Positions 54,408-63,480 of a stretch of 64,000 nt of DNA are shown in pieces; the first letter of the stretch is position 1, and each line of letters begins with the position of its first letter. A model generated the notes under the pieces. The model saw only the letters and a list, made by a program, of their open reading frames with translations, was not told the DNA's origin and did no database searches. This DNA comes from an uncultured Desulfobacteraceae bacterium (GTDB lineage: Bacteria > Desulfobacterota > DSM-4660 > Desulfatiglandales > HGW-15), in the NCBI GenBank assembly GCA_964520425.1, contig CAZFMX010000001.1, positions 48,764 to 112,763 of the forward strand, given 5' to 3'. A program made the translations under genes and the position numbers.

Positions 54408-55094
54408 ATGGGAGTCTTTACACGGTTTCGTGACATTGTGAGTTCAAACATCAATGACATACTGGATAAGGCAGAAGACCCGGTTAAAATGCTCAAGCTT
54501 ATGATTCGTGAAATGGAAGATACCCTTGTGGAGATCAAGTCAGACTGTGCCAGTGACATGGCGACCGGCAAAAAAATTGAGCGTGAGTTGCTAGATGCCC
54601 AGTCTCGCGCCGGCTTTTGGGAAAAGAGGGCAGCGGTTGCCGTGAGAAAAGGAAGGGATGATCTGGCTCGGGACGCGCTTGTTGAAAAGAAACGGTACAA
54701 GGAAAAGGCGGAAGTCCTTAAGGGGCAACTTAGAAAACATCAGGTCCTGGTGGTGCAGTATCAAGATGATATGGTCCAAATGGAGCACAAACTGAGTGCC
54801 GCCCGTGAAAAGCAGCGCAATCTCGCCCAGCGCCGTATCCAGGCAAAATGTCAAAGACAGGCCTGGGAGGAGATTCGGATAATCGAAAACTCAGAGGCAC
54901 TCTATAAGTTTGAAGAATTTGAAAATCGCATTGAGAGAATGGAGGCGGAAGCAGGCCTAGTGAATTACGGCAAAGAAGTGATCATTGAGCAGGAATTGGA
55001 CGCCATGATCGTGGACGAGGATATTGAAAGCGAGTTGCATCATATCAAGTCCTCTCTTCCCAAGGATTCACAACAAACAACTCAAGTCGGATGA
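54408..55094 (+). CDS. pspA: phage shock protein A (PspA/IM30 family), copy 2
   Basis: MGVFTRFRDIVSSNINDILDKAEDPVKMLKLMIREMEDTLVEIK. AAAGGAGG RBS. The ORF-track start at 54354 is judged too early. Confidence 0.95.
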   Translation: MGVFTRFRDIVSSNINDILDKAEDPVKMLKLMIREMEDTLVEIKSDCASDMATGKKIERELLDAQSRAGFWEKRAAVAVRKGRDDLARDALVEKKRYKEKAEVLKGQLRKHQVLVVQYQDDMVQMEHKLSAAREKQRNLAQRRIQAKCQRQAWEEIRIIENSEALYKFEEFENRIERMEAEAGLVNYGKEVIIEQELDAMIVDEDIESELHHIKSSLPKDSQQTTQVG

Positions 55095-55105
55095 GGAGAA
55101 ACATC

Positions 55106-55492
55106 ATGAGACAATTTCACAATATGTGTTATGACCGGGGCCTTTATCGATCCAGAAGCGGGATCATCATGGGAGTTTGCAGGGGAGTTGGAGAATATCT
55201 CGATTTCTCTGTCTTCTGGATTCGGGCCATCCTGATTGTTCTGTTCCTGATCAGCGGATTCTGGCCCGTGGTCGTCCTCTACTTCCTGACCGCTATCCTG
55301 ATGAAATCTGAACCCGTAATCCGTCCCCACCAACATTATGAGGAGGGATTTTGTACTACCTATACACAGTCCAGAAGACCCTCGTCGGATCACATAAGAA
55401 GACGTCAACAGACTCTTGAGCGGAGGCTACATAATCTGGAGAGCATTGTGACATCAAAGGAATACGACTGGGAAGAGCGGTTGAGAACTTAA
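55106..55492 (+). CDS. pspC: envelope stress response membrane protein PspC, copy 2
   Basis: LYRSRSGIIMGVCRGVGEYLDFSVFWIRAILIVLFL and LERRLHNLESIVTSKEYDW. GAGGAG RBS. Confidence 0.9.
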   Translation: MRQFHNMCYDRGLYRSRSGIIMGVCRGVGEYLDFSVFWIRAILIVLFLISGFWPVVVLYFLTAILMKSEPVIRPHQHYEEGFCTTYTQSRRPSSDHIRRRQQTLERRLHNLESIVTSKEYDWEERLRT

Positions 55493-55635
55493 TTGCAGGA
55501 GAACATCGCAATATCATTCTTTTGTAACCTTTTCGCAAAGATAGAGTTTTATAGGGGGAATAAGCAGTAATGAACCAGCGAATTCATAACGAAAACCTTC
55601 AGAAGATAACGAAGACCATGAAAGGAGACTGAGTG

Positions 55636-56436
55636 ATGAATAGAAAAGGATGGACCATATTCTTTGTGAGTATGTTTATACTCTATGCAGCGGCATCTTC
55701 TTTCGCCTCGACGGCAACAAAGGACTTTGAGAAGGTCTATGATTTCAGTCCAGGCGGGGATGTTATTGTGAGAGCCGTGAACGGCGGAATCGAAGTCTCC
55801 TCATGGAGTCAAGATAAAGTAGAGATAGTATCTGAAGTAAAGGTGAGAGCCGGAAATCGCCGAGAGGCGGAGGATCTATTAGAGGAAGTGGAAATCGTCA
55901 TAGACTATGATTCAGACAGGATTCATGTCGAAGCAGATTACCCAAAACGCTTCGGCAGAAATGGCTTTTTCAATTGGGCATTTGGCTCCAACGCAGGCGT
56001 ATGGGTGCGTTATTGGATCAAGGTGCCAGAAAAGACGAATATAGATCTGAAATCAGTCAATGGAGGCATAGGGGCGGAAAACGTAGAAGGAAGGGCTGAG
56101 CTAAGGACGACAAATGGGGGCATTGAGGGCTCTGAGATGAAAGGAACCGTTTCTGTTCAAACCACAAACGGTTCTGTTCGTATGAGAGTCGATTCCTTTT
56201 CAGATAGCGATGAAATTACCATACGGACGGTCAATGGCAGCGTTCGGCTGGCGTTGCCTTCAGATGTGAGTGCCGACCTGGAAGCCAGCACGGTGAATGG
56301 ATCGATTCGTACGGATTTCCCTTTAACCGTGCAGGGCAGACTCAGTAAGCGACATCTCGATGGAAAGATCAAGGAAGGAGGAGGCCGCGTCACTCTTGGC
56401 ACAGTAAACGGAAGCGTGACGATTTCAGAAAGATAG
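55636..56436 (+). CDS. DUF4097 (toast-rack) beta-repeat protein 3, secreted
   Basis: Signal peptide and VNGG/TNGS/VNGS repeats (AVNGGIEVSS, SVNGGIGAEN, TTNGGIEGSE, TTNGSVRMRV, TVNGSVRLAL, TVNGSIRTDF, TVNGSVTISE). AAAGGAG RBS. Confidence 0.8.
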   Translation: MNRKGWTIFFVSMFILYAAASSFASTATKDFEKVYDFSPGGDVIVRAVNGGIEVSSWSQDKVEIVSEVKVRAGNRREAEDLLEEVEIVIDYDSDRIHVEADYPKRFGRNGFFNWAFGSNAGVWVRYWIKVPEKTNIDLKSVNGGIGAENVEGRAELRTTNGGIEGSEMKGTVSVQTTNGSVRMRVDSFSDSDEITIRTVNGSVRLALPSDVSADLEASTVNGSIRTDFPLTVQGRLSKRHLDGKIKEGGGRVTLGTVNGSVTISER

Positions 56437-56477
56437 AGAACAACGGCTTTTTATGTGGAGAGATGGAGGAGCAAGAT

Positions 56478-57077
56478 ATGAAACAAAAGGGATTACTTGT
56501 GATACTCGTGCCGATGTTGGCTTTTTTGGCTTTGTTTGTGAGTTCAGTTAGCGCTGGCGAACATCGGGACTGCCCCTTTTCCGGGAGGGATCTGAATAAA
56601 TGGCACGCGGATGGTGTCCAATATGAAATCGATGATCATTCGCTCTTCCTCTCACACCACGGTCTTCATGGCGACAGAGTGGAAATCACCTGGGATGGTC
56701 AACTCTATATCAACGATGAATTTGTAAAACTTGACAGCGATCAACAGAGACTCGTCGCGACCTACTATGCCTTAACAATGGGCATTGTGAGTCAGGCCAA
56801 GGATTTGGGGCATGAAGGGGCAAGAGTCGGTATGGAGGGTGCCGGCCTGGGCTTGAAGGCGGTCGGAGGTGTATTCAAAATGATGTTCACTTCATACGAT
56901 GGAGATGATCTTGATCAGGATATGGAATGGGAGGCCGGGAAATTGGAGAGAAAGGCCGAGCGTCTTGAGGAAAAAGCAGAAGAGATTGAAGATCTGGCCG
57001 AAGATCTGGAACGGGTTGCCGAAAGGATGAATGAGAAGATTCCGGAACTTAGAGAATTAGGCTGGTTTTACCGATAG
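56478..57077 (+). CDS. secreted hypothetical protein with acidic coiled-coil C-terminus
   Basis: Signal peptide MKQKGLLVILVPMLAFLALFVSSVSA. C-terminus KLERKAERLEEKAEEIEDLAEDLERVAERMNE. GGAGGAG RBS. Confidence 0.55.
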   Translation: MKQKGLLVILVPMLAFLALFVSSVSAGEHRDCPFSGRDLNKWHADGVQYEIDDHSLFLSHHGLHGDRVEITWDGQLYINDEFVKLDSDQQRLVATYYALTMGIVSQAKDLGHEGARVGMEGAGLGLKAVGGVFKMMFTSYDGDDLDQDMEWEAGKLERKAERLEEKAEEIEDLAEDLERVAERMNEKIPELRELGWFYR

Positions 57078-57104
57078 GAATAGGGAAGAAAAGGGGAGAG
57101 TAAT

Positions 57105-57130
57105 GAAACAACTCTCGGAGTTATTCGTCT
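57105..57130 (+). promoter_or_regulatory. ECF-type promoter candidate upstream of the ABC efflux operon
   Basis: GAAAC-N16-CGTCT, with the same CGTCT -10 element as at 50266-50270. It lies 56 nt upstream of ATG 57186. Confidence 0.4.
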
Positions 57131-57185
57131 GTATTTATAGCTGCAAAGAGAGTCTGAGAATATTTAAAGGGGATGGAGGTAGGAA

Positions 57186-58295
57186 ATGGCCAAGATATTA
57201 AAGATACTCCTGGTTCTCGTGATCCTGGCTGCAACGGTCGTGGGCGGGTATGCCTGGGTTCAGAACCGGCAGCCGGACGATCGGGGGTTCACCTTTGTAG
57301 ATGTCGCCAGGGGCGACATCACCGAAAAAGCTGTGGCCGTGGGTCAGATCGAACCCCGCCAAAAGTTCCACATCAAGTCGAAGATATCTGGAATCGTCAG
57401 ACGGTGCCCGGTTGATGTGGGTGACCGGGTGAAAGCCGGGGATCCCATCATTGAAATCAGTCCGGACCCCACCCCTACGGAATTGTTGGAGGCTGAACGT
57501 CAGGTTGAAAAGGCCTTATCCGCGCACAATCGCGCCAAGGCGGACTGGGAACGCTCCCAAGACCTTGTGAAGCAGGGCGTTTTAACGAGAGACAGATTGG
57601 ATGCCGATCATGAGGCCTATGATCTAACCCGGATCGAGCTGGATCGTGCCCGGGACCATCTACAGCTCATCCAGGAGGGGCGGGTTGCCGGCCGCGGGGA
57701 AAAAATGGAGACCGTCATTCGCGCTCCTGCAGCAGGAATCCTCCTCGAGCGGCTTGTCGATCCCGGCGATCCGGTTGTTCCCCTCACGAGCTACCAGGCG
57801 GGTACCGAATTAGCTACCTTGGCTGATATGAGCGACCTGATCTTCAAGGGCACGGTGGATGAGATTGACGTGGGCAAGCTGGATATGGGTCTGCCCGTTC
57901 GTCTAAAAATCGGTGCCCTGCCTGATCAACCCATCACCGGCAAATTGACCCGCATTGCCCCGCAGGCGATTGAACGTGATAATGCCAAGCTCTTCGAGGT
58001 GGAGATCGAGTTGGACTCTTTCGAAGGCGTGCTGCTGCGTGCGGGTTATTCAGCCAATGCTGATGTGGTCATCCGGGAGAAGAAAAACATTCTTCTCATC
58101 CCCGAGCGCCTGATCATATTTGAGGATGATGGTGCCCAAACATTCGTAGAGCTGCCAGGTGAGATCCCGGAAGCGGAGCCCCGAAAAGTGACCGTTAAAA
58201 TCGGTCTCTCCGATGGCCTGAACACCGAAGTGATCTCAGGGGTCAAAGAAGGGGACAAACTGGTGCAGCGGCCTCCCAGAGAAATCGAGGGATAG
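57186..58295 (+). CDS. HlyD/MacA-family periplasmic adaptor
   Basis: N-terminal TM anchor, lipoyl/barrel-sandwich motifs (VDVGDRVKAGDPIIEI...IRAPAAGIL), and a coiled-coil hairpin. Confidence 0.85.
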   Translation: MAKILKILLVLVILAATVVGGYAWVQNRQPDDRGFTFVDVARGDITEKAVAVGQIEPRQKFHIKSKISGIVRRCPVDVGDRVKAGDPIIEISPDPTPTELLEAERQVEKALSAHNRAKADWERSQDLVKQGVLTRDRLDADHEAYDLTRIELDRARDHLQLIQEGRVAGRGEKMETVIRAPAAGILLERLVDPGDPVVPLTSYQAGTELATLADMSDLIFKGTVDEIDVGKLDMGLPVRLKIGALPDQPITGKLTRIAPQAIERDNAKLFEVEIELDSFEGVLLRAGYSANADVVIREKKNILLIPERLIIFEDDGAQTFVELPGEIPEAEPRKVTVKIGLSDGLNTEVISGVKEGDKLVQRPPREIEG

Positions 58296-58307
58296 GATTC
58301 ATCTGTC

Positions 58308-59531
58308 ATGATCAACACCATTCGCCAACTCGTACGTGACACACGCAGCCAGAAACTGCGCACTTTGCTGACTCTCTTTGGCATGATCTGGGGGACTACT
58401 GCGGTGAGTCTATTACTGGCGTTTGGCGATGGCTTACATAAGCAGACAGTAAAAAACAACAGGGGCATAGGTAATAATGTGATTATTGGCTGGCCCTCAC
58501 GAACTTCCATGCCCTTTGAAGGATTAGCCAAGGGCCGTTACATACTCATGGATGATGACGATATCCAGCTTCTCCGGCAGAAGGCTTATGGGCTTAAAGC
58601 CATTTCCGTGGAGTATCAGGCCGGGCTTAAACTCCAACGCGCTGCCAAAGTACTTACCGTGTCTGTATCAGGAGTGGAACCTGACTTCGGAGAAATACGC
58701 AATCTGATTCCAGCCGCAGGTGGTCGCTTCATCAATCACCTGGACCAGGAAAAGAGAAGGAGGGTGGCCTTTCTGGGAAATGAACTGGCTGGACAGATCT
58801 TTGGTGAGGAGTTTCCTATAGGGCAGTCTATTCAACTCAATGGATTCCCCTTTCTTGTCATAGGTGTGCTCAACGAAAAGATTCAGAATTCCAATTACGC
58901 AGGACCGGATAACGGGAGAGTTTTTATCCCTGCCTCCACGCTCAAAGTAATGACCGGACTGAGGTTTATCAACAACTTTGTCTTTTCGGCCAGTGATGTG
59001 ACCAAGACCGAAGCATTGATTAATGATGTGCGGCGGATCATGGCCCTTCAACACAGGTTTGATCCCATGGACGATCAAGCGATTGCTCTCTGGGATACCA
59101 CTGAGACATTTCGATTTCTCCATACCTTTATGCTTGCCTTCAAGATCTTCCTTGGAGTGGTCGGATGTTTGACCCTTGTTGTCGGGGGAATCGGTGTTTC
59201 CAATATCATGAATGTGGTGGTTGAAGAGAGGACCCGCGAAATCGGAATCAAAATGGCCCTGGGCGCGAAACCTCGCCTCATCCTTGGACAGTTTGTGTTT
59301 GAAACACTGGCCCTGACCATCGTGGGAGGAATCCTGGGTATATTGATTACCCTGGGAATCTGCGCGATTTTCCCTGCGTTCAATTTGACCGATTATGTGG
59401 GTGATCCTGCTATCTCTCCCGGCGCGGCTGCCGCCACCGCAGTGATGCTCGGTTTGATCGGTCTTGTTTCAGGTTATTTCCCCGCACGCACCGCTTCCAA
59501 CCTGGATCCGGTGGTGGCAATGAAGATGTGA
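58308..59531 (+). CDS. MacB-type (FtsX/MacB_PCD) ABC transporter permease 1
   Basis: Four-TM FtsX topology with a large periplasmic domain. N-terminus RSQKLRTLLTLFGMIWGT. C-terminus GYFPARTASNLDPVVAMK. Confidence 0.85.
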   Translation: MINTIRQLVRDTRSQKLRTLLTLFGMIWGTTAVSLLLAFGDGLHKQTVKNNRGIGNNVIIGWPSRTSMPFEGLAKGRYILMDDDDIQLLRQKAYGLKAISVEYQAGLKLQRAAKVLTVSVSGVEPDFGEIRNLIPAAGGRFINHLDQEKRRRVAFLGNELAGQIFGEEFPIGQSIQLNGFPFLVIGVLNEKIQNSNYAGPDNGRVFIPASTLKVMTGLRFINNFVFSASDVTKTEALINDVRRIMALQHRFDPMDDQAIALWDTTETFRFLHTFMLAFKIFLGVVGCLTLVVGGIGVSNIMNVVVEERTREIGIKMALGAKPRLILGQFVFETLALTIVGGILGILITLGICAIFPAFNLTDYVGDPAISPGAAAATAVMLGLIGLVSGYFPARTASNLDPVVAMKM

Positions 59532-59541
59532 GGTAAGAGAA

Positions 59542-60801
59542 ATGCGTAAACCGAGGCTAGGTCTGGTATTTCAACTCTTTCTGCGTGCGAGTCGTGTGCA
59601 GAAAAAGAGGGCGATCCTCACCGTGGCCTCCATCGCGTGGGGTTCACTCTCTCTGCTCTTGCTTCTGGCTTTTGGTGAAGGGCTCAAAATATCGTTAACC
59701 ACCGCCATGTACGGAATGGGCGAAGATCTGGCCATCTTTTGGCCCGGCACCACCAGCCTGATCTGGCAAGGACTGCCCGCGGGTCGGCCGATTCGGCCTC
59801 GCATAGAGGACATTGCCCTTCTAAGAGAGCGCGTTCCCAATCTGGAAGATGTGGCGGGTGAGATAAAAAGATGGGGTGTAGTCGTCAACCATGGTGAAAC
59901 GTCCACAACAGCTCAGGTCAAAGGTGTCACCCATGGTTTTGGTGAGATACGCAACCACATTCCTGCGCCTGGGGGGCGATTCCTCGATCCTCTGGACGAA
60001 CGACTGAGGCGTCGAGTGGCCTTTCTGGGAGACAAACTCACGGAGAAGCTTTTTTATGGAAAGGATCCAATAGGTAAGCAGATCCTTCTGGATAAAGTTC
60101 CCTATACGGTCATCGGGGTCATGATGCCCAAGATGATGATGGGGAACTATGGTGGAATGGACGAGGATCAAATCTCCATACCCATTACCACATTCAAGGC
60201 CCATTTCGGCCAGGACAGACTGAGTAATATCATAGTCAAACCGAACCAACCCCAGAGTATGGGATTTGTACTTGAAGAACTGCACAAAACCCTGGGGGCC
60301 AAATATGGATTTGATCCGAAGGACAAACGGGTATTCGGTATCTGGAATACGGTAGAGACATTCCAGGTCACCCGCGATATTTTGATGGGGATTCAGCTCT
60401 TTCTGGGTATTATTGGTGGTCTCACCCTGATAGTCGGCGGTGTGGGAGTGGCCAACATTATGTACGCGGTGGTCAAAGAACGCACCAAGGAGATCGGGGT
60501 TAAAATGGCACTGGGCGCGCGTAGGCGTTGGATCACAGGCCCTATTGTTCTCGAATCTTTGCTCTATTCTCTTTTGGGAGGAGCAGCCGGGCTGATCATG
60601 GCCGTGGTTGTTATTATTCTTCTGGAACAGTTGCCCACAGAAGGAAACGATGCCTTGACCATGATTGGCACTCCGACGCTATCTCTATCCATCGGTCTGG
60701 TGTCCGCCTCCATCCTGGGTTTTATCGGACTTATGGCAGGGTATTTTCCCGCGAGGCGTGCCGCGTCCATTAATCCGGCGGAGACGCTTCGTTACGAATG
60801 A
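59542..60801 (+). CDS. MacB-type (FtsX/MacB_PCD) ABC transporter permease 2
   Basis: Paralog of the previous gene (KKRAILTVASIAWGS ... GYFPARRAASINPAETLR). Confidence 0.85.
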   Translation: MRKPRLGLVFQLFLRASRVQKKRAILTVASIAWGSLSLLLLLAFGEGLKISLTTAMYGMGEDLAIFWPGTTSLIWQGLPAGRPIRPRIEDIALLRERVPNLEDVAGEIKRWGVVVNHGETSTTAQVKGVTHGFGEIRNHIPAPGGRFLDPLDERLRRRVAFLGDKLTEKLFYGKDPIGKQILLDKVPYTVIGVMMPKMMMGNYGGMDEDQISIPITTFKAHFGQDRLSNIIVKPNQPQSMGFVLEELHKTLGAKYGFDPKDKRVFGIWNTVETFQVTRDILMGIQLFLGIIGGLTLIVGGVGVANIMYAVVKERTKEIGVKMALGARRRWITGPIVLESLLYSLLGGAAGLIMAVVVIILLEQLPTEGNDALTMIGTPTLSLSIGLVSASILGFIGLMAGYFPARRAASINPAETLRYE

Positions 60802-60808
60802 GGGAGAT

Positions 60809-61543
60809 ATGTTTTTAGACGGGATTTTTAATTCAAAGAAGCATCAATCACCTGTTGAGAACGGTAGGGTGATCGACCTAAAAGGTCTGACCAAGGTCTA
60901 CGATACCGGCAAGATCAAGGTGGAGGCCCTCAAGGGTATTGACCTGGAGGTTCGGGATGGGGATATGGTGGCCATAACCGGTCCCTCCGGATCCGGCAAG
61001 AGCACCCTGATGAACCTCATCGGGTGTCTCGACACGCCCACATCAGGGAGCTACTTCCTACGGGGGGAATCGGTCTCAGGTTTGAGCCGGGAAGAGCTGG
61101 CAGGTATCCGAAACCGTCGGGTGGGCTTCATCTTCCAGAACTTTAACCTGCTTCCGCAGATTTCTGCTTTTGAAAATGTTGAGATGCCTCTTCTCTTCAG
61201 CGGCCTGCCCCGTCGTAAGCGTCGCGAAAGGGTCCATGAGCTTTTTGATCGGGTGGGTCTTGCTGATCGTATGGATCATAAGCCCACTGAACTCTCAGGG
61301 GGACAGATGCAGCGGGTGGCCACGGCCCGTGCCCTGGCCATGGACCCCGACATTATCCTGGCGGACGAGCCGACCGGCAACCTTGACACCAGTTCAGGAA
61401 GCGATATCATGGATCTCTTTCAGGAATTGTGGGAACAGGGTCGTACGGTCCTGGTGATCACACATGATCCGGCCTTGGCCCGTCGTGCCCCACGTCAGGT
61501 GGAGATCCGGGACGGGCTGATCACACGGGATAGTCGAAATTAA
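60809..61543 (+). CDS. ABC transporter ATP-binding protein (MacB/LolD-type NBD)
   Basis: Walker [10 protein letters not shown], signature [10 protein letters not shown], Walker [22 protein letters not shown] precedes ATG 60809. Confidence 0.92.
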   Translation: MFLDGIFNSKKHQSPVENGRVIDLKGLTKVYDTGKIKVEALKGIDLEVRDGDMVAITGPSGSGKSTLMNLIGCLDTPTSGSYFLRGESVSGLSREELAGIRNRRVGFIFQNFNLLPQISAFENVEMPLLFSGLPRRKRRERVHELFDRVGLADRMDHKPTELSGGQMQRVATARALAMDPDIILADEPTGNLDTSSGSDIMDLFQELWEQGRTVLVITHDPALARRAPRQVEIRDGLITRDSRN

Positions 61544-61802
61544 CCCTAACGTTGCATAAAAAACATGACAAGGATTTGTCAAAAGCAAGGTGTACTTGAA
61601 TAAGAGCATCCACACGAATATGGGCGCAAAATGAGCGATAATCGATTGTCGATCAAATGAAAGATCACATTCGGCTTGGATTGTGATATAAAGAAAGCTG
61701 AAGAAGTCTGATCAAGGGAGTCATGACGAGTCGTGGCTGAAAGTGGAGAATTCGTAATCAGTGAATGATCGGATCAGTACGAGAGGAGGGGAGGAACCCA
61801 AA

Positions 61803-63170
61803 ATGAGATGTATGAGATGGATTGTTGTGTTCAGCATTTTCGTTTTTCTATTACTTGGAATGATGCGAAGTCCTCTATTTGCGCAAGAAGAGAAAGAGTT
61901 CTTCACATTGAGTGAGAGTATTGACACGGCCTTGGATAAGAATTGGTCGCTTAAGGCCAAGAAGGAAGGCGTCAGCCAAGCCACGGCCGTGAAAAACCAG
62001 GCTAGATCCGATTTTCTGCCGTCTCTGAACACCAGGTATGGCTACACTTACAGTAGAGATATAGACCAGAATTACGCCTATATCGAATTTTCCGGATTTC
62101 ACGATACGTTTCAGTGGGTAACAAGTGCGAGTGTTCCGGTGTTTACCGGGTTCGCCTCGATCAGTTCTTATGAGCTTGCGAAACTCGGGATTGACCGGGC
62201 CGAAGTGGAGGTCGCCCTGGAGAAATTGGATCTGGCGTTACGAGTAAAAGAGGCCTATTTCAATATCCTCATCGCGGACAAAGTCGTAGAGGTGGCGGAA
62301 AAGGATGTGGCATCCAGAAAATCCAACGCGGATGTGGCCCGTAACTTCTACGAGGTGGGCATGATTCCGGTGAATGATCTTTTGCAGGCCGAAGTGGAAT
62401 GGGCCGATGCCCAACAGACTCTGGTGAAAGTTCAGAACGGCGCACGGGTTACTCGGTCGACCTTTAATGTGATTTTGGCTAGGGAGGTCAACGCACCGGT
62501 AGATGTGGAAGATATTCTGGATTATAAACCGGAGATCGGGAAATATGAAGACTATCTGAAGCAGGCCCTGAAACAACGACCGGAGATAAAGACCCTTGAA
62601 ATTGCCATTCTCCAGGCGGATCAACAAATCCGATTGGTCAAGAGTGGATATTTCCCGACAGTTTCTCTCTCAGCCCAATACACGAAACTAGGGGATACTT
62701 TCGATGTTAGCGGGAGTGTTCTCAGATTTCCTATCGATAGTGAAGGAAACTATATGGAGTCAGAATATCACAAGTCCCATGATTTCAGGGCCGGGATCGA
62801 CCTTTCTTGGAAGTTGTCGGAGTTGGGATGGGGCAGGACCCGTTCCTCTGTAAGAGAGAAGGAAAGCCTCAAGAGAGAGCTGTTGGAGAACAAGCGCGCC
62901 GTAGAGGATTCCATAAACCTCGAGTTGAAGACGGCTTTAATGGATCTGGAAACCGCAGAGAAAAATATTCCCACCACAAGAAAGGCGGTTGAGCAGGGTG
63001 AGGAGAATCTGAGGGTCAGTGAGGAGAGGTATAAGGCCCAGGTGACGACTATTACGGAAGTACTAGATGCTCAGACCCGCCTGAGCCAGGCAAGAGTAAA
63101 CTATTTCAGGGCCTTCTATGACCATAACTTGGCTAAGGCACGCCTATTACGGGCCATCGGAGAATATTAA
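61803..63170 (+). CDS. TolC-family outer membrane efflux protein
   Basis: Signal peptide MRCMRWIVVFSIFVFLLLGMMRSPLFA and two OEP repeats. Last gene of the efflux operon. Confidence 0.85.
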   Translation: MRCMRWIVVFSIFVFLLLGMMRSPLFAQEEKEFFTLSESIDTALDKNWSLKAKKEGVSQATAVKNQARSDFLPSLNTRYGYTYSRDIDQNYAYIEFSGFHDTFQWVTSASVPVFTGFASISSYELAKLGIDRAEVEVALEKLDLALRVKEAYFNILIADKVVEVAEKDVASRKSNADVARNFYEVGMIPVNDLLQAEVEWADAQQTLVKVQNGARVTRSTFNVILAREVNAPVDVEDILDYKPEIGKYEDYLKQALKQRPEIKTLEIAILQADQQIRLVKSGYFPTVSLSAQYTKLGDTFDVSGSVLRFPIDSEGNYMESEYHKSHDFRAGIDLSWKLSELGWGRTRSSVREKESLKRELLENKRAVEDSINLELKTALMDLETAEKNIPTTRKAVEQGEENLRVSEERYKAQVTTITEVLDAQTRLSQARVNYFRAFYDHNLAKARLLRAIGEY

Positions 63171-63291
63171 AGATGTAGAGAACTGTTGCGGAGTTAGGTT
63201 TGACAGAACGCTCTGGATCGGGTAGATTGGACTAAGGTTTTCAATCCCAATGAACCCGTAATCACGAGGGCGACATGAACTGAATGCCAAG

Positions 63292-63330
63292 AACCCCATT
63301 TCTTTAAAGAAGAGGTGGGGTTTTATTTTT
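63292..63330 (+). terminator. rho-independent terminator after the TolC-family gene
   Basis: AACCCCATTTCTT...AAGAAGAGGTGGGGTT forms an about 13 bp stem followed by TTATTTTT. Confidence 0.7.
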
Positions 63331-63480
63331 CCCTTTGCATGGGAAGTGTTGACCAGTTGACCCAGGATTGAGATTGGTCTCAAACATCTTTGGCGTGGTC
63401 TCACCATTCCCGGGGCGATCTTGAGTTTTGTCGTCTTTTCCCTTGATTGAGCATTCTATGATTGAAACAGGAGGTAAGAC

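Larger units (their letters stand above)
54235..55492 (+). repeat. segmental duplication copy B (regulatory region + pspA + pspC)
   Basis: See copy A. The proteins are roughly 70-80% identical by eye, and the nucleotide similarity includes the promoter. Confidence 0.85.
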
